A stretch of DNA of 35,994 nt from Chthoniobacterales bacterium (lineage in GTDB: Bacteria; Verrucomicrobiota; Verrucomicrobiia; Chthoniobacterales; JAATET01). The translations under genes and the position numbers were made by a program. A model generated the notes under the pieces. It saw only the letters and a list, made by a program, of their open reading frames with translations. It did no database searches and was not told the origin of the DNA. Shown piece after piece: positions 8,446-16,105 of the stretch. Positions within the stretch are counted from its first letter, which is position 1. Each line of letters opens with the position of its first letter. Where the stretch lies: positions 1 through 35,994 of the forward strand of contig JBGSMR010000369.1 in the NCBI GenBank assembly GCA_041740065.1. The letters run 5' to 3'.

Positions 8446-9512
8446 ATTCCCGGCAAGCGGCCATTCCCGCATTAGTGAGGGTGAAACCGGGCGCCCTGGA
8501 CCGCATGGGCGTCTATGCAAAGCGCCATGAATTCTCGTCGGTCGTGGTTTTGATCAGCGAAGGCTTAGGACCGGAGTTGTCCGAGCGGCTTCACTGTGCA
8601 TTGAACTTCTGCGGGATATTGATCGCGCAGAAAGAGGAAATTGACTCCATTGAGTTTAACCGCGCTGTCGAGATCTCGCAGAACCTTCCGGCGGGAACCC
8701 GCGCAGTCATTGGATTCGGTGGAGGCAAGGCGTTGGATGTTGCAAAATATGCAGCATTCCTCGCAGGCCTTCCCTATCTGGCCGTGCCGACTTCGTTGTC
8801 CAATGATGGATTTTGCAGCCCACAATCCAGCCTGGAAGTCAACGGTCGCCGGCGATCTCTGCCGTCTGCAATGCCTTTTGGAGTAATCATTGACGCCGCA
8901 GTGTGTCTGGGAGCACCGAAGGTGTTGTGGCACTCGGGTGTCGGAGATTTAGTCTCAAAGTTTACCGCAGTCACCGACTGGAAGCTGGCATTCCACGCCG
9001 TAGGAACTCCGGTGGACGATTTTGCCGCACTTCTTTCCGATGCCAGTGTTTATCAATTCATCGCGCGGCCCACACACGATTTGGAGGGGATGAGGCTTCT
9101 TGCGACGGCGCTACTTTTGAATGGCATCGCCATGTCTATTGGTGGCTCATCCCGACCTGCTAGCGGGAGCGAGCACTTGATCTCGCACGCCATGGATGGC
9201 ATTTGCCAGCGTCCTCGCCTGCATGGTTTGCAAGTCGGTGTTGCAGCGTATCTCATCAGCCTGCTGCAAGGCCAGAATTCGGATATCATCGACGCACTGT
9301 TCTGCAAGACGGGGTTTTGGGACGCCATTGCTGACGATCCCTTTGATTACAACGAATGGATGGCTGCCGTAGCCGCCGCGCCGTCGATGAAGTCGAATTT
9401 CTACACCGTGCTGTCCTCGCGGGATTGTCTGTCGGAGGTTGCCCGGTTTGTTACTGAAGACCCGCGACTGCGGCGCTGCTTTACCGGGTCGAGGGCGCAG
9501 GAGTGCTCTTGA
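8439..9512 (+). CDS. sn-glycerol-1-phosphate dehydrogenase homologue (AraM/EgsA-type, iron-ADH/DHQS superfamily)
   Basis: GFGGGKALDVAKYAAF, PYLAVPTSLSNDGFCSPQSSLEVNGRRRS and SGVGDLVSKFTAVTDWKLAFH closely follow the motifs I recall for G1PDH (B. subtilis AraM, archaeal EgsA). ATG 8439 overlaps the HAD stop by 7 nt (ATGTTGA). The track start 8409 is less likely. Confidence 0.75.
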   Translation: MLNSRQAAIPALVRVKPGALDRMGVYAKRHEFSSVVVLISEGLGPELSERLHCALNFCGILIAQKEEIDSIEFNRAVEISQNLPAGTRAVIGFGGGKALDVAKYAAFLAGLPYLAVPTSLSNDGFCSPQSSLEVNGRRRSLPSAMPFGVIIDAAVCLGAPKVLWHSGVGDLVSKFTAVTDWKLAFHAVGTPVDDFAALLSDASVYQFIARPTHDLEGMRLLATALLLNGIAMSIGGSSRPASGSEHLISHAMDGICQRPRLHGLQVGVAAYLISLLQGQNSDIIDALFCKTGFWDAIADDPFDYNEWMAAVAAAPSMKSNFYTVLSSRDCLSEVARFVTEDPRLRRCFTGSRAQECS

Positions 9513-10881
9513 ACGGTTTTATCGATCTTACGGATCCTACGGTGCGGTGGGATCGGATCGTATTCCGGTAAAAGTCCGCGCTCGGCTTAAATACCCGAGT
9601 GAATGTTTTTGGATCCATGGTCGCCAGACCAAAGGTAGCCTCGTAACCGTAGTGCCATTCGTAGTTGTCCGCCAGTGACCATGCGAAATACCCACGCACG
9701 TCATAGCCATCCTGGATCGCCCGTCCCACGGCTGCAAGATGGTCAGTAATGTAGCTGATGCGTTGGGTATCGTCCTTCGTTGCGATCCCGTTCTCCGTTA
9801 TCATCATTGGTTTCTTGTAGCGGTCGCCCACCGTGCGGATCTGGTCGTAAAGCCCCTCCGGATTGATGGTCCAGCCCATCATGGTAAAATTGGGACCGTG
9901 CCGGTACGGCATCGACAAGTAGGCCAATGGACCAACTTTCTGCGAATAGTAATAGTTAATCCCCAGAATATCACAGACGTCAGCGACCCGATCTAGGTGA
10001 TCGTAATTGGTTTGCACCATCGACCGCTGAAGATATCCAGTGACGTCGATCGGCGCGCGTTCCCACCACGGCATGGCCTCCACGCTGACGATTTTGGCGC
10101 TCGGTTTGACGGATTTCACTAGTTTTGCCGCATCGCGAAACATCGTCGTGCTGGCATCGATCGCTTTCCAGTAGTGCCCGAATGCCATTACCATGCCCGG
10201 GGGCCATTCGCCTACGACATACGCAGTTGTGATCTGGCCATTCGGTTCATTTTGTGGAGCGTAGTATTTTGTGTAGGGTGCCGTGGCTGCAACCATGCGC
10301 GCGACGTAGGCATTCCAGCGTTCACGAGCCATGGGATGGAGCCAGTTTGACGCGCTCGGGCGCTTCCGGTCGTAGAGCCAGTCCGGAAACGTGAAATGCC
10401 ACAGGCAAACAATCGGTTCGATGCCCGCCTCTTTGAGTCGACGTGCCATCGAGGCATACTCACGAATGGCTGCTTCGTTATAAACGCCAGGCTTCGGCTC
10501 GACGCGAGCCCACTCGATGCTGAATCGGTAGTGTGTGGCACCGATTTTTTTCAGTGCAGCGAGGTCCTTCTCGAAATGCGTCCAACTATACAGCGCGTTC
10601 CCTTTTTTCGGAGCTTTGCCCAGGGCCGTTTCTATATCCCAATCGGTTGAAAAATAATCCTCGTCGCCTTGAACAACTGCCGGGTCTTCATATTGATAGC
10701 TGCTGGATGCAAATCCCCACGCAAAGGGAGTACTTAAATTCGGAGTCGGACGCGAAAAATCCTCTTTCGGTGCGCGTGGCATCGGACCGAAGGCGGACAC
10801 GCAGCCAGCTAGTGTAACGCCGACAAAGGCCCCAATCAAAGCGAGCCCCGAACGTCTTACAATCAAATGGATTACACGCAT
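9481..10881 (-). CDS. glycoside hydrolase family 1 (beta-glucosidase-like) lipoprotein
   Basis: Lipobox VTLAGC after a signal sequence. GH1 acid/base motif YAPQNEPNG and nucleophile motif MMITENGIA. The 3' end overlaps the convergent G1PDH gene by 32 nt. Confidence 0.85.
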   Translation of the reverse strand: MRVIHLIVRRSGLALIGAFVGVTLAGCVSAFGPMPRAPKEDFSRPTPNLSTPFAWGFASSSYQYEDPAVVQGDEDYFSTDWDIETALGKAPKKGNALYSWTHFEKDLAALKKIGATHYRFSIEWARVEPKPGVYNEAAIREYASMARRLKEAGIEPIVCLWHFTFPDWLYDRKRPSASNWLHPMARERWNAYVARMVAATAPYTKYYAPQNEPNGQITTAYVVGEWPPGMVMAFGHYWKAIDASTTMFRDAAKLVKSVKPSAKIVSVEAMPWWERAPIDVTGYLQRSMVQTNYDHLDRVADVCDILGINYYYSQKVGPLAYLSMPYRHGPNFTMMGWTINPEGLYDQIRTVGDRYKKPMMITENGIATKDDTQRISYITDHLAAVGRAIQDGYDVRGYFAWSLADNYEWHYGYEATFGLATMDPKTFTRVFKPSADFYRNTIRSHRTVGSVRSIKPFKSTPAPSTR

Positions 10882-10973
10882 ACTTCCCGCGAGAATGCCC
10901 GATCCCCCGGCAGTGTAAAGCTCCTCCTGCGAGGTTTTTTAGACGGCAAGCTTCCTGCCTATCGGGACTTGGG

Positions 10974-11609
10974 CTACCCTACGTCTCGCACGAGTCCGCG
11001 GAAGACGCCTGCGATTTTGACATCTGCAGCTGGCACAATGAGATCTGGATAAGCCGGATTGCTTGCACGCAGGACGATCGTCTTTCCCTTGGCCTCAAAA
11101 AATACGTGTTTGAGGGTCGCCTCATGCGCATCCCCAACTAGGACTGCCGCGATCTCGCCTGGCCGGAGTTCGGATGCGGGGCGCAATAGAACCTTATCAC
11201 CGTTCAGGATTCCGTCTCCGGTCATGGAATCTCCTTGGACCCGGAGAAGAAAGTCACCCTCGCGATACGACAACAACTCGTGATCATCAATGATGGTTTC
11301 CGGATCTGCGAGGGCTTCGCTGAGAGGGCCTGCTGGAATGATCCCCAGTAAAGGCAGGCCTCCCAAGCCCATGCCGTAACGCGCGCGTGCAGTGAGGCGC
11401 ACCACGCGGGAACGCCCCCGGCTGCCTCCGCCATGCACGGAAATTACACCGCTCCGCTCTAAAAGACGCAGCGTCGGTGTGATGCTGCTCTCTGCGGCAA
11501 GCCCGAGAGATTGCACGAGATCCGGCACAAATGCAGGCTCCCCGGCCCGCTCCATCCGTTCTACGACCCGCACGATACGGCGCTGTGCATCCGTTAAATG
11601 TTCCACCAT
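10974..11609 (-). CDS. lexA: SOS transcriptional repressor LexA
   Basis: N-terminal winged-helix domain (LTDAQRRIVRVV...ITPTLRLLERSGVI). Cleavage-site region GIIPAGPLSEA. S24 peptidase motifs VQGDSMTGDGILNGD (Ser) and ATLKHVF (Lys). ATG 11609 chosen, with a GTG at 11624 as alternative. Confidence 0.9.
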   Translation of the reverse strand: MVEHLTDAQRRIVRVVERMERAGEPAFVPDLVQSLGLAAESSITPTLRLLERSGVISVHGGGSRGRSRVVRLTARARYGMGLGGLPLLGIIPAGPLSEALADPETIIDDHELLSYREGDFLLRVQGDSMTGDGILNGDKVLLRPASELRPGEIAAVLVGDAHEATLKHVFFEAKGKTIVLRASNPAYPDLIVPAADVKIAGVFRGLVRDVG

Positions 11610-11637
11610 ATCGTGACATTCCACGATTATCGTGAAA
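11609..11637 (-). promoter_or_regulatory. candidate operator: overlapping TCGTG/CACGA dyads immediately upstream of the lexA ATG
   Basis: ATCGTG(11610-15)-N6-CACGAT(11622-27) and the 19-bp near-palindrome TTCCACGAT-T-ATCGTGAAA (11619-11637). TATCGTGA occurs twice, 19 bp apart (11609, 11628). Function is not demonstrated. Confidence 0.3.
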
Positions 11638-11851
11638 TATCAAGATGAAACACGCTGATTCCAATAATCGAGCCGGCATCGCTACGATTGTATAAAATAG
11701 TAAAACCTGTTTTCTACGCCATTTGTCGTGATCGCTCTATGGGTTGGTAGTTTTTCTATCTGGTCGGCGAGAGGCGTCGTGCCCACGATAAAAATGCCGG
11801 ATGCGAATGGGACTCGATGAGCCGATGGGGCGCAATAAAGTGGATGAGCGT

Positions 11852-12742
11852 CTATGCCCGGGGGTGAAAATTCTTATGAACGGCCTTCAACCGCTTTTGG
11901 TCGACATGGGTGTAAATTTCTGTGGTTGAGATGTCGGCGTGGCCAAGCAGTTCTTGAATGATCCGGAGATCTGCACCGTTGGATAACAGGTGGGTGGCAA
12001 ATGAATGCCGCATGAGATGAGGATACACATTCGACTCGATCCCGGCGAGTGACGCGTAGGATTTAACGAGCTGCCATACCCTGGCAGGCGTGAGCTTCTT
12101 TCCCCGCACGGAAAGAAAAACCTCCGCTCCTGATTTTGGTCCGATGAGGCTAGGTCGCTCGCCGGCGAGGTAACGGCTCATAGCATCGCGGGCTTTGCTT
12201 CCCACGGGGACAATCCGTGTTTTGTTTCCTTTACCAACGACGCGGATCCACCCTGCATCTAAATCGAGATTTTCCAACCGGGCATTGCAGAGTTCGGACA
12301 CGCGGAGGCCACTGGCGTATAGCAATTCCAGCATCGCGCGGTTTCGCAGCGCGCAGGGATCTTGATCGCCGACAGCGTTAAGTAACTGCTCAATTTGTGA
12401 AATGTTTAAGGTATCTGGTAGGTAACGCTCGATGCGGGGAATATGGATAAATTCAGCCGGATCGGATTGCAGGTGTCGCCGGGTGATGAGAAATCGAAAG
12501 AAAATCCGGAGAGCCACTGCCTCTGCTTTGATGCTGGCTGCCGCCAGACCTGCCCTTTTCCGATGGGCTAAAAAATCACTGAGATGCTGCGCAGTTACGT
12601 CGGAGGGATGAGCAAGTTGGTGGGTGGTAGCCAGCCATCCGGAAAACGTATCCAGCGACTGCCTGGTTGAAAGTTGGTAGTTCGTGGATAGCCCGCGCTC
12701 GGCGGCAAGGAACAAAATCAGATCGTCAACAAATGGCTCCAT
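11852..12742 (-). CDS. xerD: site-specific tyrosine recombinase XerD
   Basis: Full catalytic set is present: LYASGLRVSEL (Arg), GKGNKTRIVPVG (Lys), HLMRHSFATHLL (HxxR) and LLGHADISTTEIYTHV (His, Tyr). The C-terminal ...FHPRA and the GLRVSEL/GKGNK details resemble E. coli XerD more than XerC. Confidence 0.85.
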   Translation of the reverse strand: MEPFVDDLILFLAAERGLSTNYQLSTRQSLDTFSGWLATTHQLAHPSDVTAQHLSDFLAHRKRAGLAAASIKAEAVALRIFFRFLITRRHLQSDPAEFIHIPRIERYLPDTLNISQIEQLLNAVGDQDPCALRNRAMLELLYASGLRVSELCNARLENLDLDAGWIRVVGKGNKTRIVPVGSKARDAMSRYLAGERPSLIGPKSGAEVFLSVRGKKLTPARVWQLVKSYASLAGIESNVYPHLMRHSFATHLLSNGADLRIIQELLGHADISTTEIYTHVDQKRLKAVHKNFHPRA

Positions 12743-13631
12743 CCCGAAGCGCCTCGAAGTTCATGCCGGAAATTTGCTCAAATGCCTCGATGTATTTTGT
12801 TGAGGTGCTGCGGACAACATCATCTGGCAGCGCGGGCGCGGGAGGAGTTTTGTCCCAATCTAACGAATCCAAATAATCGCGCACAAATTGCTTGTCGTAG
12901 CTGGGAGGGCTGCCGCCCGGTGCATAGGCAGATGCGGGCCAGAACCTTGAAGAGTCCGGAGTCAGGCATTCATCGATGAGCACCACTTCATCATTGACCA
13001 TTCCGAATTCAAACTTCGTATCTGCGATGATGATACCCCGTTGCGCAGCAAAAGCACGCCCGTGTTCGTAGAGTTCGATGCTGAAATCACGAACCTGCTG
13101 CGCAATCTCCTCACCAAGAATATGGCGGCATTCGTTCCAGGAAATGTTTTGATCGTGGCCCGTATCCGCCTTGCTGGCAGGGGTGAAAATCGGCTCCGGC
13201 AGCTTCCCCGCCTGCTCCAGCCCTGGCGGAAGCTGATGGCCGCAGACGGATCCATTTGCCTGATAATCTTTCCAACCCGAACCAGCAAGGTATCCACGCA
13301 CCACGCACTCAACCGGCAATGGTGTTGCTTTGGCAACAATCATTGAACGGCCACGCAAAATCTCCTCATAAGGCTGTAGCACCTCCGGAAGAAAATTGGG
13401 TTCAAAACCGAGTAATTGATTTGGAACAAAATCGAGTTTTTCGAACCAGAATTTCGAAAGCTGAGTCAGCACGCTTCCCTTCTGCGGAATCGCATTGGGA
13501 AGAATACAGTCGTAGGCCGAAATCCGGTCCGTTGCTACAATCAGGAGCGAATCATCAAGATCAAACACTTCGCGCACTTTTCCGCTGCGGAGCTTTTTGA
13601 TTCCGGGAAGGTCGCAGGTCAGCAGGTCCAT
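12726..13631 (-). CDS. purC: phosphoribosylaminoimidazole-succinocarboxamide (SAICAR) synthase
   Basis: GKVREVFDLDDSLLIVATDRISAYD, VVRGYLAGSGW and IIIADTKFEFG are PurC signatures. ATG 13631 (MDLLTCDLPG...) is preferred over the longer track ORF (13712). The 3' end overlaps the xerD start by 17 nt. Confidence 0.9.
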   Translation of the reverse strand: MDLLTCDLPGIKKLRSGKVREVFDLDDSLLIVATDRISAYDCILPNAIPQKGSVLTQLSKFWFEKLDFVPNQLLGFEPNFLPEVLQPYEEILRGRSMIVAKATPLPVECVVRGYLAGSGWKDYQANGSVCGHQLPPGLEQAGKLPEPIFTPASKADTGHDQNISWNECRHILGEEIAQQVRDFSIELYEHGRAFAAQRGIIIADTKFEFGMVNDEVVLIDECLTPDSSRFWPASAYAPGGSPPSYDKQFVRDYLDSLDWDKTPPAPALPDDVVRSTSTKYIEAFEQISGMNFEALRDGAIC

Positions 13632-13809
13632 TTCCGGCGACTGTAGAATGCAAACGGCAAAACGCAATTGTCTTTCGCGGTCTATTCCTTCTTGGGGATT
13701 CGGCCTGTCCATCCCATCTGGATAGTTGTTCCTTCAGATTGTTGGTTTTTTGTGCGGGTCCGAGCTGTCTTCGCTTTCCTTCTTTCTATCAGTAGACAAA
13801 AATCAAACC

Positions 13810-14835
13810 ATGTCGCACAAGTTTCCCCTCAGCAGAACGAAGCCGGAATTTTCCTCTGACCTGGGATCTAAGACTTCTGCCAATAGATCGAATTTTCCGA
13901 TTCTCCATCGGCTGTCGGCATACCACCTCGTAATCAATGCGGGTTGTTTTCGGGAGCCGCATTGGCATGCCAATGCGGATGAGCTCGGGTATTGCCTGAA
14001 AGGGGAGGCGCTGGTGACTATTTTTGCGAATGGCAATCAGCACTCGCACTTCACGATTTCCGAGGGCGAAATGTTTTTTGTTCCCAGCGGCTCGCTCCAT
14101 GCGATTGAAAACATAGGGTCGGGTGCAGCTGAGTTTATCCTCTCGTTCTCGCATGAGTCACCAGAGAACTTTGGACTCTCCGGGTTTGCAAAGTGCATGT
14201 CGCCGGCAGTGCTCGGTAATACTTGGGGGATACCAGCGGCGGAACTATTCGACCAACGGCAAGAAGCCACAGACATAGAATTCGGTCGCGTCCATGGCAA
14301 AGCCGAGGTCCCTGAATCCGCGCGATTTGTCAGCCCGTATAAGTTCCCGATCGAATCCCGAGCGCCAATCGTCTCCACACCGACCGGATCGGCAATCGTA
14401 GCGCGGCGCGACACCTGGCCTGTCTTGAAGCAGCAGGCCATGTATTCGCTGCGTATCCAAGGCATTGGGATGCGCGAACCGCACTGGCATCCGGAAACCG
14501 CGGAACTCGGCTACGTCCACACCGGCCATGCCAGAATGACCGTGCAAAGCCCTGGAGGCTCCGCCGAGACTTACGAACTTCACGCAGGCGACATCTATTT
14601 CATTCCCCGCGCCTATCCGCACCACATCGAAAACCTATCCGATGAAGAAATGCGGTTTCTCATTTTCTTCGACACTCCGGACGTGCAGGACATTGGTTTT
14701 ACTGGTGCGATTCCGGCATTTCCAAATCGCCTTGTTGGTCCCACGCTTGGCCTCGATGGGGCATGCGTGGCCCAAATCCCGCGCCTACCATCGGACACTC
14801 TGCTCGTATCCAAAATCAATCCGGTCGATCTGTAA
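13810..14835 (+). CDS. bicupin (oxalate decarboxylase/oxidase-like, germin family)
   Basis: Two cupin modules, each with both motifs: PHWHANADELGY + GEMFFVPSGSLHAIEN, and PHWHPETAELGY + GDIYFIPRAYPHHIEN. ATG 13810 chosen. The track start 13726 would add a low-complexity extension. Confidence 0.75.
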   Translation: MSHKFPLSRTKPEFSSDLGSKTSANRSNFPILHRLSAYHLVINAGCFREPHWHANADELGYCLKGEALVTIFANGNQHSHFTISEGEMFFVPSGSLHAIENIGSGAAEFILSFSHESPENFGLSGFAKCMSPAVLGNTWGIPAAELFDQRQEATDIEFGRVHGKAEVPESARFVSPYKFPIESRAPIVSTPTGSAIVARRDTWPVLKQQAMYSLRIQGIGMREPHWHPETAELGYVHTGHARMTVQSPGGSAETYELHAGDIYFIPRAYPHHIENLSDEEMRFLIFFDTPDVQDIGFTGAIPAFPNRLVGPTLGLDGACVAQIPRLPSDTLLVSKINPVDL

Positions 14836-14973
14836 CCCATTCTTCGTCATTAGTGCTCCCCTAATGGTTCGCACTCTTGATCTTGATAAAGGAGTGAGGC
14901 GCTCCCCAACCTATTTTCCAACAGAGATGTTAGTTTGTGTCTAATAAAAAACTCCTGAAGGCCAATCGGTGAA

Positions 14974-15948
14974 ATGCCAGAGTTGTGTGTGTCGGGAATC
15001 CGATCTATACACGGATGGATGGGCGTAAGTTATCATGTCGAGCCGGATCCCGTGGACGCGGTGGATGTATTGCAAAATGACACCACGGGAGTCCGGGTGT
15101 GCATCCGTCGCACGGGTGCTGAAATGGTCAGTATCGCGCGTCAATCGGGCAGCGGGACATGGTCGGGGTTTTTGCACCGCGATAACATGCTGGCTGCGCC
15201 GGAGACCGGATGGGGAAATCATGCAACGGTTATGGGCTACTTTATCCATCGCCTTTTAAACGAGCAGTCCAACTACGCGGGAGACGAGATCCGGGGCGGA
15301 AACCATGGATTTTTGCGAGGCTTTCATTTCAATCCGCCCACGTTCGATGCTCACGAATGTTCTCTCACCTATGAGGTTTTGCCGTCTCAGATCCCGGTGG
15401 GTGCGTATCCGCGACCCGTGGGCTGCCAGTTGACCTACGCGTTGCAACCCCAGGGAGTGCGCGTTCAGTTCCGGTTTGAGAACTTCGACACCTCACGTCC
15501 TGCGCACCTGAGTTTCGGGATTCATCCTGGCTTCGCTATCTCGTCCCTTGCGTCCGCTCAAGTCGACTTACCAGCCGGAGCATACATTCGCCATTTGGCC
15601 CCGGGAAATTTTCTCAATGGCCAAATCACTCGAGTTGATTTTGCCGGTGGCCCCATGCCATTTGATAAATCCAAACTTGAGGATTCTTATTTAATCGGGA
15701 TCGAAAACGTCTCTCCGCGCATCATCACACTGCGAGATTCTGGGCGGGTGGTGGAGCTTGATTTCTCTGAAGTCCCATACATGACACTCTGGTCGAGCGG
15801 TGATGATTTTATTTGTATCGAGCCCTGCTGGGGACTTCCGGACAGCAATCCCCAGAAGCCATTTGAGGAAAAAGCCGGGATTCAGACTGTCCCTGCCGGT
15901 GGGACGATCGATGCTGGATTTTCGATCTCTGCCTACGTTGCGGAGTGA
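14974..15948 (+). CDS. aldose 1-epimerase (galactose mutarotase-like) family protein
   Basis: SFGIHPGFAI, PYMTLWS and FICIEPCWG are typical of the aldose-epimerase-fold family. An alternative ATG at 15019 would skip a (TG)n-containing segment. Confidence 0.72.
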   Translation: MPELCVSGIRSIHGWMGVSYHVEPDPVDAVDVLQNDTTGVRVCIRRTGAEMVSIARQSGSGTWSGFLHRDNMLAAPETGWGNHATVMGYFIHRLLNEQSNYAGDEIRGGNHGFLRGFHFNPPTFDAHECSLTYEVLPSQIPVGAYPRPVGCQLTYALQPQGVRVQFRFENFDTSRPAHLSFGIHPGFAISSLASAQVDLPAGAYIRHLAPGNFLNGQITRVDFAGGPMPFDKSKLEDSYLIGIENVSPRIITLRDSGRVVELDFSEVPYMTLWSSGDDFICIEPCWGLPDSNPQKPFEEKAGIQTVPAGGTIDAGFSISAYVAE

Positions 15949-16105
15949 TTTTTTGCCGGGCCGCATTTCGACTCAGTAACTTCTCGTCTGCGGTGCGTAA
16001 TATCACAGAAGAAAAACTCATGACATTCATGAAAAAGCACGACAAGATGGAGAGGAATTTCGCAAGGCAGTGCGACATTATTTCTTCCCTCACTTAATTT
16101 AAATT

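Noticed and set aside
10923-10940. CCTC-CTGC-GAGG hairpin followed by T6 on the + strand, downstream of lexA
   Set aside because: The stem is only 4 bp. It is oriented for a + strand transcript, and no + strand gene ends here. On the lexA strand it would read as an A-run before the stem.
11598-11851. Search for canonical LexA boxes upstream of lexA
   Set aside because: TGTTC at 11598-11602 is inside the coding start and is not followed by GAACA after 4 nt. GAAACA (11647-11652) and CTGTTTTC (11707-11714) are not matches. No CTGT-N8-ACAG or GAAC-N4-GTTC was seen. I therefore did not annotate a canonical SOS box. This was a manual scan and could have missed degenerate sites.
14848-14866. CATTAG-N7-CTAATG hairpin 13 nt after the bicupin stop, a possible terminator
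   Set aside because: The stem is 6 bp and AT-rich with no following U-tract, which is too weak to call.
14984-14993. Short (TG)n run at the 5' end of the aldose-epimerase-family ORF, a possible phase-variable repeat
   Set aside because: With only about 4.5 repeat units it is far below lengths associated with slipped-strand switching. It only adds doubt about whether the start is 14974 or 15019.
16019-16096. 25-codon ORF (MTFMKKHDKMERNFARQCDIISSLT) just upstream of the 462-aa TPR gene, a possible leader peptide
   Set aside because: No SD-like sequence, no obvious attenuator structure, and no compositional signal. It cannot be distinguished from a chance ORF without conservation or Ribo-seq data.
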